DNA from: Fimbriosthenelais zetlandica
Taxonomy: Eukaryota
Assembly (NCBI GenBank): GCA_977030845.1
Contig: OZ365116.1
Location: 19,902,001-19,966,000, forward strand
Reading direction: 5' to 3'
DNA length: 64,000 nucleotides
Under the pieces are notes generated by a model. It did no database searches. It had not been told where the DNA came from and saw only the letters and a program-made list of their open reading frames with translations. A program made the translations under genes and the position numbers. Below are positions 24,834 through 38,600 of this stretch, piece after piece (position 1 is the first letter of the stretch; each line of letters begins with the position of its first letter).

Positions 24834-27800
24834 CAGCGTCTGTGTTTTTGTAGGTGGCAGTAGGAGTCGTCCGTGCTGGGAGGGTGAGCAAGTGGAGACA
24901 GGTATATGTATGCCCAGGAGACATACCACATGAAGATTCACGTATTTATTCAATAAATGATCCACTCTATAGTGAAAATGACAACTTTGAGGCAATTCTT
25001 ACACCGATGAGAAGTGTGGGGACTATTTAGGCCTATGTCTAAATTCAACCTGTGTGCAAGAATGAAAGTCATTCATCAATTAAACTGAAGTGAGTATGTA
25101 ATTCTTAATTCTGTGATTCTGATCTAGAACCAAATGAGCATGCTGAGTAGAGAAGACACTCTGGCTCCCTCTCCAGTACAGAAAGGAAGGTGTGCAAAAT
25201 AACCTACCTCATAAGCTGAGTGAACACAGAGCTTAAGAGAAACCTGTAGCCTATATACATACCTGCAATGAAAAAGTAAAAGAATAGTCAGTATATTAGC
25301 ATACGGTAAATGAATATAGTTAAAACATTAACAGAAAAAAGATATATGAGGCTTGAGAGGTATGAGACAACACATCTTACAAATCAAACTTTATAGGAGG
25401 AGATCAATGTATTGCTGTGTCGATTTATCGACAGATCTTTAGTGTTGCGCAGTTTTTATTAAATTTAACGGCATATCAGATACGGTCAATAAAGTGGCCT
25501 GGTGTTTGCATTGCATATGAACACATGTGAGTGTTTGGGGGACAGTAGTCAGCTGCTGGTCCACCGTTCACGTATTACCTCCAATAATCCCTGTATATTT
25601 CAAAGTAATTTCCCGCCGGAGCATTGGAAGCACCAGCAGCCATAGCCAGTATATCCCCTCAAGCGGCCCACTCGGGCCCTGGCAATCCACCACCCCATCC
25701 ACCCACCTACTAATACGCTCACTACTGTCCCATCCCATCATGTGGACCTCAACAGACCCTCATCCCAGCCCTGCCCCATTGTGGCAAGCTTGAAGGCTCA
25801 TCTCCAAGATATTGGCCAAACTCTGGCTTCATTTCCTATTTTTCATTTATCTCCATTTTACTGATGTGTGTCCTTTCTTGAATGAATAATAGATTATTTA
25901 AGGCTTGGACAAGTCTTTTCATTACTCTGGTATTTCAAGACAGAATAATGGACATATAGACAAAGCAGCATCAATATTGTGGACGTCATTGGACGTGGGG
26001 CCGGATGTCATTGTCCAGTGTGACGATAGTTTGTCCATCGACCCGTGGTCACTAGTGGTCAGCTTGGTTACCATGGATACGGAGTGAATCCGTGTGTATC
26101 TATCAATATTGTGTAAATGGGCTGGTCCTGCCAGCAGGAAGGGGTACCTGGGTGGGGCAGTGGTGATAGCTCGGTTTACTGGGCCAGTTGCTGCCTTATA
26201 TAGGGAAGAGAGTTTTTAAATCACAATTCAAAATCTATGCAACATTTTGGGCTGGCAATTTAAACTATTCAAGAAAATTTCTTACTTTTTAAGTTCCGAA
26301 ATAAGGATATCGATATAAAGTGGTAACATATGGAATCTAGTTGAGGAAAATAGACGCTATGTATGCAAGGAAAGTGTCACATTGTTATTCTGAACACAAG
26401 TCTGCGGTCAATATAGGAGTGACTGGGAAACACTCGACATAGCTGAGCAAGACAATATTTTTTATATTTCATGATGTCAATATGGAAAGTGAAAAATATT
26501 GGAATGTCAATTTTAAAAGTTATGGCTCATACATTAACCTTGTCAACATTTGATAACTTCAGGTGAAATCAAAGCGGTTTAATTTGTCACCCTCCGGGCA
26601 ATACTAAAAATTGATGTACTCTGATAATTACTGAACTAAATCACAAGAGCCCGGAGCCTTTTATCATAAATAAGGCCAGGGGCTGTATTGTCCATGGAGA
26701 AGGCACGGACCCTAGTCCTGTGAGCTATAAATTAATCTAATATCCTGTATAATTGAAGTTGGAAAAGTTTGTTTTAAAAAGCTAAAAAAAAGTTTAGTTT
26801 TGCCCATGGTAAGAGGACATACCTGTTTGATTCGCATATTATTCCTCTCCCATTTCCACAACATAACGGACATGGTTGCGGTTAGTGCGGTTACTCCTCA
26901 ACTACAAGTCAATTAAGTTCATCTAAACACGTGCTCGCTGTCAGATCTCCTTAACACAGCAAATCCACGACTAGCATTTTACAGCCAGACCAGGTCCTCA
27001 TATTCAAACCTGTTTGCATGGTACACTATCTCCAAAATTGTTTGAATAAATCACAATGTATTAGAATCCAATTCTCACATTATCCCAGGACGATCTCTCC
27101 CATTTTCACCAAGATTTGTAGATCTAATTTTCTCAAGGAAGTAATCCATTAGCTGGCAAATTCCATGAGTACTGAGGATATATCCGTGTGGATGACAATT
27201 GAATTCCTGGCTGGGGATTTCTCGTTCCCAAAATAGACGACATATGATGGGAGGTGTGAGGGGTCATGAGACGACCATCCCCCCTGATCTTTAGCCACTC
27301 CTTTAACGCAGAAATCTGTGGAATTTCACAGGTGTATAAAACCTTCACAACACCTATTTATAATTAACTATTTAACTTTTTCCACTGACCATTAAGGTGC
27401 TTTTATCATTCCGCCCATTATATTTCCAGATCTGATTTGGATCCTATTTGCACAAACACACGCGGATAAAATGCACAGAAGGATTTTCTCGTCAGAGGTT
27501 GTGTTGGTTGGGTAAATATCTCAGCCTCTGCCTTGTATTGGAGGGTTTTGATTAGAAGTTCTTTGACTGGTAATCACGCAGGTTTTCCATCAATCATGAT
27601 CCTGTTAGTAATGACCAGGAGCGGGTGACGTGAGGGAGAACCAGAAGAAGAGGGCATCTTTTTACTCTACTACCTCCCTCCTCCCCGCCACAGGTTTCCA
27701 TGGTAAAGGCAATGTTTTCTTTGTAATATAAACTCACATTCTCAATGTTATATGCCAAGACAATCCCTCAATCAGTGAGGTAGTCGAGAATGCTGGACCT

Positions 27801-30800
27801 TCAATGGATCTCTGAGGATCAACTCAACTTTCTGGGTACCGAAAATACACTGTATCAGTGTACATACCTGGTACACAAGTGGGTATATCTCCTCCCCTCC
27901 CTTCCCCTTTAAACACCCACAATTGAGCCAGCAGTGATTCTCATGAATATTCTATTATTCTTTGTGATTGGTGTTGGTACTGTCTTCACAGAAGGCAGGT
28001 GATGATACCCGTCTTTTGTGACGATCTCATCTGAGATAAGGGGAAGGCGGCGGGCCTGTAGTAACGTATGGGCTCGTCTCAAGGCATTATAATTTATGAC
28101 CTTGTTGTTAAATTCCTGGTAAAATCCCCTCGTCTTTCCAAGCAGACTGGTCCCAACCCCCTCTTATCCACTTTCCATAATTAACACAGACGTGGAGAAA
28201 TAGTCCTACAGGCTTAAAGCAAAACCCATCGGAGCAAGGCTGAATGAAACGGGAAAAAACTCAAGCTAATTTATAAAGTCACTTTACATAATAACGGCTG
28301 TTTTTTCACGTTGAAGGAAGATCCAATTTAATCAGGTTTGCTTGATGACTTTGGGATCGGACTTGACGTGGAAATCTGCTTGGCAAATTTATCTTTTTCC
28401 ACTTGCAAAAAGCAGGTAAGACCAAGCGTATTCCTCATGCGTTATCCTCCATGGGGTAGTTAAACATTTATGCTGTGATCGTTAGCTGTTGATGCAATTT
28501 CATGTTCATTTTCCTACTCGCCATTGTGTTTGGCATGAGATCCCTTCTAAAACCTGTCATTAATTAAATTTGCTCTTTCACCAGCGACTTTTAATCCTCG
28601 TTGCTGTTCAATACAAGCCCTTTCATCCACCGCCGCTGTTATATTTATAACTTTCCATTCACAGAGCAATATAATCCTTTCACCAGAGTCACTCAGTGAT
28701 TGTTCATAATAACATAGGCAATGTTCCAGCTATAATGCAGACATATAGGGCTCCATCTAAAACATGCATACCCCAATGAATGTTCCCTATATAAAGGCCC
28801 TTCAATAAGTGTATTGTTGTATACATGTACTCATGAATAGGCAGGTTCCTATGTGTCAAAGCTATGGCAGAATGTACCAATACGTATATGGTGATATCCA
28901 ATAGAATTGACAGCCTTTTATAAGCATTCTATCCACTGATAAGCGATGTGTAGGCTTCTCATTATAGAGGTATGATGTCACAGAGGTCAAGATGTTTATA
29001 ACCACTCCTGCTCATTGCCTTATTGACATTGTCCTATCATGTCCTGCTGGCTGTATGTGGGTTGCCTCATTTACTGGGGTAAGCACTCACTGGCGTGTGG
29101 TGCTCTTCCGTATGGGGTGAAATGGAACCATTTTCATTGGTATAATTTACCGTAAGCCTTCAAATAATGAACCATTCCATGGTCAACCATGCACGTTCAT
29201 AATAGATTCATACAACATGCATGTTCACAAGAATGCAGGGAAACTTACTACAGATTCTCTGGATATGACAAGAATTTGACAGAATCTGATGTTTAGTTGG
29301 TATTTAACATGAAATGTCATGTTGTCAGGGGCCAAACGGAAATAAATGTCATCTGCCTCAGCATCATTTAAGACAACTTCCGGTGGCTTGATGAATTTGA
29401 TCCCATCAGAGTAAAACTACGAAGCCTTATCTGAGTGATACCACAGGATCATGTATTACACTGATAAGGTTCCCTACTCTTGTCAGTTATGCATGACACC
29501 AATCTTTCAATAAAAGGGACTTCAGCTCTAAGTGGCATTTTATTGGTATGATAAGTTTTCCCAATGCTCATGCACCTGTCATACAGAATTGCCGCAGTGA
29601 AAGATCCAATACATTGAGACCATTGACTGTGATGAAAGTTTACGGTGCCTTGCTGGATCCCTCAGCCCTCAGGTAGTCTATGGCATGCATACCCCCATCA
29701 ATATACCATTCTCATGTTTTCATTCAAGAGCTCTTTCACCAATCCAAATAGGCATGTGACATTGTTGCTATGGTTACTGCATCTCATACAGTCTGTCGCC
29801 TGTCCATGTTCACATTGACTATGGCGATATATGTATGCTATTCTGGATATATATGTCTATAGATAACAATAGAGTGAATAAATTGATGAGGTTTTGATTT
29901 GATCGCTAGTGTTAGTGCTCTATGGGGGCACGTGCCATTGATACTGAGTCTCTAGTACTCTCTCCCCAATGGTCTATGAATAATGTATGCTTTTAATCAT
30001 TGCTGTGCTATTCAAAGAGGTATGTATGTTCTATTGCTTGTCTACCACCATGAAAAGTACTTCATCAGTGATTTTCACTTTTCGATAGAATATTTAACAT
30101 AGTTTGAGGGTTAGAATCATTGGCGGGGGCATGGGTCCATTGCTCAATAGCCCATGTAAGAGTTGGATTCTTAACCCGATTTGCTTCAGAAATTGAATGT
30201 GCCTCAAAACAGCACAGCCTCGTCATCATCATACCATCATTCAATATTCATGCAATGAAATTCAGCTTCATTTACATTCCTGAAATCCTAATCTTTGCAT
30301 CCACTTTCTGAACAATGTCATGCCACGAAATCCATGAATGAATGGCAAGTAGCAAGGGTCGACTGATTAAAATTTCCTGAGAGGTGTGTCTTCTATTTAC
30401 GGCTCAATATATTGAGCAAACATAGTCTAAGTGACATATGACCCGATATGCTTAAAGCTCACGGATATAGCGAATATTTCCCGGATCTTTAAGGGGTGTT
30501 GTCACTTAGTTCTCCGGCCAGGTATGGACTAGTGAGCGGCAGGTGAACCCCCCACCGCTCACCTAATACTCCCCCTGGTTAACCACCAACCTCAGTCCAA
30601 ACAATGCGGCCACATGTACAGGTAATGCTCAGAATTATATTGATTTAAAAAAGATATTTGTTCACAACACCTCTACTTATTGACAGCTGGCTTTTTGAAA
30701 ATTGTTTCAGACTTGTCCATCTGTTCCTTGGAGATGGAATTAACACAAAAAGACTGCGGGAAACCAGCCTTACTTTAGTAAATTGTTCCAAATGATAGAC

Positions 30801-32381
30801 GAGAGAGCAATGCTTTTATAAAAATGGGAGGCAGCTCGGCCAACGTTCAATTTAGCATAAACACAGTGGTTTTATTATTTATTCGCCCATTAGCCATGTA
30901 TCTGGCCCAACCATCAGTCACTTTAAACCTCTTCAGTTGGTGAATTAATGGATTGCTCGAGTCCCTCATGTGGACGCTTCACTGGCAATTTAGACAACTC
31001 CGGAAAAGCCTTCAAAAGTCAATGCAAATAGATGGATGGCGAGAAGTTAAAAGTTTGTTTTATAACAAAGTGAAATTCTTTATGGTATTCATTAAAACTA
31101 TTTCGATGAAGTTGAAAGACAAGCATGTGGTAAAAGGTAATGGCCATAGATCTTGCACAATTTTTGAAGCATGTGAAAACCGTATGGACTCTTGGGACAC
31201 CCGTGTTACTCCAGATCTAATAAACCACATATATAACATCTATATTTCACGATCCATCAGGGAAGTCTACCAGAACTAAACCAGCAAAATACCACTTAGA
31301 ATATCCCAAGTCACGTTTGTTAATACTTGGGGCAATTTTGGCAATGTTTAGGCAGTCGATAACATTTTTCAAAGAGATGAGATATTTCCCTTACATGTCA
31401 CGCACGCCTATTCAAAATGGCAGTGCAAAAACTTTTACTATTTGCTGCTTCGATATTTGACACCTGTTCTTATTCATTGGTCCACAATGTATGTATCTAA
31501 CAGATGTCATAGTAAAGAAATATTGAAGCTACTACCTTGTAGGTGCATGTCTGTTTGTGTACTTGTGTGCGTGTTTATTGGGAGATAAACATGATTCCCT
31601 GTTTCTATGGTGAACACTGTGAACACTCGAGGGTTCTCTCCCGTACCCAGCATGGAATGCTAAACCTGCCTGTGGCAACTACCACTAAGACAAATATATT
31701 CTTCAACAAACGCACCTATAACAACTAATACCGATGCCATATTTTAGTATTAATATGATATTTCCACCTCCTGAATTAGTCATGGGATGCAACTGGTTTC
31801 CATCCTTGCCTCAATAGCAAATATGACGGAAATTCCCCAATGATTTCACAAGATGTAAGAGCAATATATATGTAGATCTAGGTGGTATATGGAATTACAT
31901 AGATCCACGTGTATATCATAGAGCTATATATAGTAAGGTGCGACATTCACAGACTCTGTTGACAAGCATTCCAATATTATAGAGCCATGTAATGTTCTCG
32001 TGTAGTTACTACATAAATCCATACAGTCATCGATACATCCACCTGTCTGTTAAATCATTCACTGTATAAGATACATCATCAGGTGCAGGCATGCATGTCC
32101 ATGTACTTCATGTCATGCATTCCACTGTTTACCAACAGTTCTCTTCACGTAATATCAATCCACTCCTGTATGTATAAACACTGCCGTCAACATATCCATC
32201 ATGGCATTTTTAATGTTAATGTTTTACTTGCAATACGCAGTCGTCTTAAATTGGACGCTGTTGGACCGTGTAAGAGGAGATGGAATTTCCACCTTCAGTC
32301 CATCAATCCAGCGCAGGAAAAACTGCTAAAATTGAGTCTGAGGATTTAAATATTTGCCAATTGTTTAAGATTTGTTTTCAG

Positions 32382-32668
32382 GAGGTTATCCGGGGGGGAA
32401 TGCCACCCAGAGAGAGTGTGAAGAGCAGCAGCCCTTCAGGCCTGTCCTCAGTGAAGGCATGTATGGGTATAGGATCAGGCGGAACAGGCCAAACAAGGCA
32501 TATAGAAGGGGGGCTCCCGTCTATACGCCTGGCGCCAGACACTGGAGGAGACAGCCAGCAAGCAGCATCAGCAATAGGAGGAGGAGAGGGCTGGAGGCTG
32601 AGGCTGGTGAAAGGGGTGGGACGGGGCCAGCAGCTGAGATTGGGCAATACAATGAGCGACAGCTTTAA
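32382..32668 (+). CDS. Possible coding exon (Arg/Gly-rich), frame and strand uncertain
   Basis: Acceptor atttgttttcag| at 32381; two + frames (98 and 165 aa) and one - frame are open; purine-rich. No domain recognised. Confidence 0.2.
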
Positions 32669-35600
32669 AACTCACCAACTCCTCACCTCTACCCCCGACC
32701 ATGTCCAAGCAAGAATACTTCAGGTTTCAATCCAATTTTCACTTATTGAGTTTCATCAATCTGAAGGTAGCTTATAGCCACTTGATCGAGAAATCAAATT
32801 GGTACATTGCTGGTTCAATCCATTCATCAATACTACTCCAGACTTGCACCATTTTACACTTCAATATTTGATCAGCAAAGTACTTGCAAACGTATACAAC
32901 CAAATGTTCGAGTAACAATGCGTTAAAACCACCCACTGCAACATGTTAATGGGAGACATTCAGGAGGTTAAAAAGTGACTGAAAAATGTGATTAATAAGA
33001 CCTGCTTTCATTCACAGATGAGCGAATTTCAATGTTATTGCTTTCTCAACAAGATTTTTGTCTGTTAGTCCCTTCATAGATTTGCCATCAATATAATCCA
33101 TTCAAATTAGTTCAGAAATCACACAAGGTTCCCATTCCCCCTCCACTTCCTCTCTTCCTTTTATCTCTTTCTGCTTTGGCAATACAGACATATACAAAGG
33201 AATATTCGATCACGTACACAACTTGAAGCAAGCGGCCAGTCGGGAGCCCTATATAATTAGATCAAGAAAAAAGGACCGCACACTATTGATGTGAATATAA
33301 GGTTTTGTGGCTGATGTCTTCCGTCATATTTCCTCTTATGGCCGCGCTGGGAAAAAGAGAGGGATATCACAAAGTACCAGGCATGAATATATCTTTTTCA
33401 ATATCAACAGCCATACATATGGCCCTACGTCTGCTGAATTATTTGACTGAGTGATATCTTCAAACGGTTCCCAACAATTGTCACTCTAAAGGTATGGTAA
33501 AATCCATCCCATACAAGAAATTCAGCAATTCAACTCAAATTTAACTCTAATCTTATCAAAGGTTACTACCCATCTGTCCCCAGCCCCCAGGAAGGGGAGG
33601 AAAGCACAGTGGCAAAACCCCGATCCCTGCCAAGACAGTCAAAGCTTTATTGACAACCTCCAAGAATGATCAAAGTTCACTGTCGGAAGGGTCGAAGGTT
33701 GGAGATCTAAGAACAAGGATTTTTTAAGACTTTGATTGAACAAAGGGCCAAGAAGTGATATAAATAATCAAGACCTTCTGTGGCAAGGGACGGGAGTGGA
33801 ATGTTGAGAAATGTTAGGTGAAGATAGAGTATTGGTAGAAGTTTAGCGTGGTGGAGGCTGATGACAGGTTTGCATGTCAGTGCATACAGGGAGAGGGTCC
33901 GCGGGTCCCAAGCTCTGAGAGCGAAGGCCTTTGCTCATTACATTGATGGCAAACCGAAGCTGAACACAATATATCAGATAGCCGCACATTATTCTCCCGC
34001 TGAAAGCTCCAAATAAATGGCTTCACCACACAGAATACACATTTTGAACTTGCCGACGGTGGTCCTCCAGTTCTGCAGGGTTTAGGTTGGGCTTGTGGTA
34101 CGAGTAGTATACGAAAATGGTGGCCAGATTATGGCTACACTAGTGAAGGGTTCTTACAGGCATGCAGTCCACGCGCCTCTTTAAGTCAGCAGGGTATATA
34201 TTGGATTAGGTAAATATTTTATTAAACGATATAAGCTGTGAGGCATATAAAACATGGCTCTAGAAAAAGAGATCCAAATTCAAGTAGCCCCAAGATAAAG
34301 AGGCACTAATATGTGGATTAAAGGTACATCATCCAGCACCTTCTCTACAGGGCAGTGCACCGCATACCTCAAAGACAGCGGCGGCCTGTGGTGGTGTCAG
34401 TGCCTGAGAGACGGCTGTTAATATTTTAATAATACTTGATGGCATTATTGCATGATCGGCTACTTTTTCCTTCTATAGCATGGAATGTATCCATACACAA
34501 GAGCCAGGGAGAATGGGACCTCCAGCACTCAGTCTCTAACATGCATGTACCAAGAGCTCTCATAGAAGGTCTATAATCAAAGCTGGGTTTGTTTCTTTGT
34601 GGTTTCCTAAGACATATAACCACCTTTTTTAATTGGGGAAGCTAGTTACTGAGTATATACAAAAGATGTACCACGAATTCATCGTACTGCAGCTATCTAT
34701 CGTTCATGATTACCAACTCCCCAGAGGTGATAATTATAATCACATTATGTGATTATCACTGATTAATTAAGAAGCATGGAGGTGATTAGGGGCGGGATAA
34801 AAAGCTGTTTAATGAGTAGGTTGTAGGGGAGTGATCCTTAATAATCTCAGCTGGAATCTCTAAGAGCAGCTCCTTCATGCGGGTATGTGCTCATCTGACT
34901 GGTGGTGCCCTCTGGCTTTATCAGATTCAACTACAGACATAGTCTCTGGTAGCTATGGCAATAGGTTCACAGCAACTTTCAGGGATATGATTCTTATAAT
35001 GATGAGGACCATCAAGCCAATCATATAATTTAATATGGCTGATGAGCAAATACAATTAGCATGTATTAATTATAGACAATTATTTAATCTGAGTAAATTC
35101 TCAAATGTCCATTGCACCATTAAATGCCCACTGTGAGCTCAAACATTTAAAGGGACATACAATGATACTAATCAATCATTCATGTCTCATTCCATTTATC
35201 GATTAGCAAACAAAATCTTGCCACATTCTTCCCTAGTGACCATTAAATGTATACAGGCCCCCGCCGTGCATTGACCTGACTTTGTCATGATGCATCTTTT
35301 ATTGACCAAAGCCATGAAATATTCACCGAGAACAAACTAAATCTGCCTCCTCCCCATCCCAATCACGAACACCATCAGCCCTAGGACATAACGCGCCAAG
35401 TTTGCAAACTTTCTTTCACTAGTTGATTTAAGTACCAGTCAAAATAGTTATTTTGAAATTGGTTCCATGGGTTATATTTGGACCATCTGCAGGCCATGTT
35501 CATTAAGGATAGTCATGGGGATAGGGGAGGGTTCAGTGCTGCTACGAAACGGGAGAATGGTGAACTAGGGAGCGGTGGCGGCGCTATTGCCTTCCACTGG

Positions 35601-38600
35601 CACTATAAAGGGACGGATTAGTGATGCAGATAGGATCAACCCCGAATGTCATATTTAAGATGGAAATTAGGATCAATATTTTGGGTAAAAAGGTTCCATA
35701 ATCTAGTCATGTTCTTCCAATTCATTTCTAAATTTCATAGAGAACTCATAACCGTGCATGATAATAGCACGCTAGTATAATTGGAAAGACATTTCTAGAT
35801 ATTTGAACAGAAATTATCCCCAAAGCTGTGTCGATATAAGAGGCTCTGAAGTAATGACTTCTAATGGAAAAGAAAAAAGACAAGCTGTTTTATCTGCAAG
35901 AAACAGACAGCTTTGGATTGGCATGAAGAGGATGTAATTTAGAAGGTCATTGTGTAGTAAGGAGAAGGATCCCCCCATGTCTGCTGCTAAAGGAACCAGA
36001 CATGTAAGGAATCAATACAAAACACAGGGATGTAATGAGGGAATGGGGGAAAGGGCGTTTAGTGCAGACCAATATGTAGTCATGCACTAGATGGGACAGC
36101 CCATGAAGAGTACCTCCTATATGTTTCACAGACACGAAGCAGATTTTTTACCAATTTCAGGGCCACATGGGTATATATGAGGACTTTTTATCATTTCATT
36201 TCCCATTCACATACACGACAAGTGCCTAATTGGACTGGGTTTTATTTGGGTTTTTCATGCCACTCAATGCAATTGGTAGAGCACTGTTACTTTCATCAGT
36301 AAGCTGCAGGTTTTAGAGCACTTAACTCTTCTTTCCCCAGACATGAGTTTTATTTTCCCTCATGAGGTGCACTCTATGTTCATTAGTGTAGTACTGCATG
36401 ACACACTTGGAATGGAACTTTAGACAAATCCACTCTTGAGACAACAAATTAGATTTAAAACAAGGCTTTACAGCATGAGAGCATGCAGTAATTAATGGCA
36501 TAACTTTGCCTTATCTCAGGTGCCATTCTTCCTCCAGCTAAATGGCCGTCAGCCCCACCTTCCCGTCCGGGATATGGATATCTCTCCTCAATCCAGATAA
36601 TGACTCTCTCAAAGTCAACTTCTCAGGCCAATTCATTAACCCCAATCTCCCTAATCAAGCGATAGCTGCTTCATCCCCATTCTCTCTACAGAGTATTAAA
36701 ACATGCCCCGGTAATGTCCCCATTCCATTTAATCCATTACACTTTTGTGATTAAAAAAAGACATTTTAAGCCATTCTGTAACTCGCATATAACATTGCGG
36801 TTGGGTAAATAGTGGGGGACTGGGGGCTGCCTCAGGATGGTAGTCAGCAGTGGAGATTTGCCATTGAGTAATATTTTTTTGTGCATTTTTTTCGGGCCCG
36901 CAGCCACAGTATTTGCTGGTGCTGTAAAGACGGCAGCCTATGTCAACATAAGGCTGGGTGTCGCGAGCTTCCATACAATCGATTCTCTGGCTACTTTTAC
37001 TTGTCTTTTTTGATATTTTTGACACTTTTTTATGCATGTTTCCCTCTTTCTGGGACACTTCTATATTATGTATTTAGATGGCAGGGGATGGTAGGCGCGT
37101 TTTCTGTATGGGTATGCTATGCAATACACGTTTAGCAATAAACATTTCGCCATTTTACCAAATCAAGGTGGTTTTCTAAATTTGTACTAGTTTCGAATCA
37201 TGAGATGATGTTTTCCATGATGGACGCTCATGTTGTGAGACCACGCTTCTATTAAGTTGGCAGTAATAATAATGCTTAAATGTGAGGCTCTGATAAATCA
37301 TATATGAAAGGGATAAGTGAATAGGGGAATGGTGGATAAAGGCAGGCTTTTAGCTGGGCACAACCAGACTCCATAAACAGGCCATTAAGACAGAGGTGGA
37401 GGTCTACTGATTTATAAACAGCTGACATGACAGCAGTCAACCACGCTACCATGACAGGAACAAGTCACCAGTCAAAAAAACCAGGAGAACAAGATCAGAA
37501 GAACCCACAAAGCCACCTGACATCTTATGCATTCCGTCTTCTATCAATCTTATTACTTGCCTTGGTCAATGTCTTGGGGAGGGGGATCAAAAACAATAGA
37601 GATTCAAAAAGAAAACTGAATGGCAATGAGGGTGCGGTTTGTTTTATATGAAAGTGCCACCTTGTTAGCTTCATCTTTGATGTCTTCCCCGTGGGCAGGA
37701 ACAGCATTGTTTTGCATCAGCCAGTCTGCCATTACCTCAAAACATTCCCTGCTTCAAATAGGGACTCCATAATTGCCCAAAATTTGTGAATTTATGTCAG
37801 AACAATACTATTCATTAAGCTTTGGCTATGCCTGGCAATGTAAAATGCTTCCTGCAGCCATTTTCATGTTACTGGATATTAGCCTAGTATCGCTGTGATC
37901 TGACTGAACATGTGACCTATTAAGCACGCTTACCCTTGGTGTGAATACGTATTTTCACTGTGATTTTGCTATTCAGCTACAAAGTAAGATGAGGGATGCT
38001 TTTCTATCAGGCAGCGAGTTAAAGAGGTCAAAGTTCAGACCTTTGACATTTGGGTTAGAGAGCTGTAGCTTTCTTACCAACTATCATCACATGACATGAT
38101 TTCAGCATAAGGCCTCAGAAGCATGAGGCGAACCTATGGTAAACCATATGGGCATTTTTCTTGCTAACACCTTACCAAGGTTCATTGTGAAAAATACAAT
38201 CAAGTGGTTAAAATCCCACATCATTTCCAACAACTGGAAATAAAGGAAGCGAATGACTTAAACTGATCTGTCCTGAGGGGATAGTGGAAAATGAAAATGA
38301 AGAGAAATCTCCCGGAGGGAGAGAGGTGAATGGTATCTTTGGAGGGTTAATCGGATTTACAAGATCTAATAATCCTTTATAGCTGGCCTTAGTATCTCCT
38401 CCACCACCATCTGCCCCCATCCCCAGAACCACGGGAGGACCACTCCAAACGCAGATGACCTCACTTCCGGTGTAAATTACCCATGATGCCTGGCCTGGGT
38501 GGCGTCATCGGGGGCTGGAGCGGAGGCCACTATTACAGGTACTTCCTCTATGATAGATTACACCATGATCATGATTTATTAGCCTCATTAAATATTACAA

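Noticed and set aside
34842-34864. 13-nt match to the 5' end of miR-216 (TAATCTCAGCTGG)
   Set aside because: No complementary arm within pre-miRNA distance on either side.
36770-37135. T-rich, CpG-containing stretch that looks like a transposon fragment
   Set aside because: No TIRs, TSD or second copy could be found in the window.
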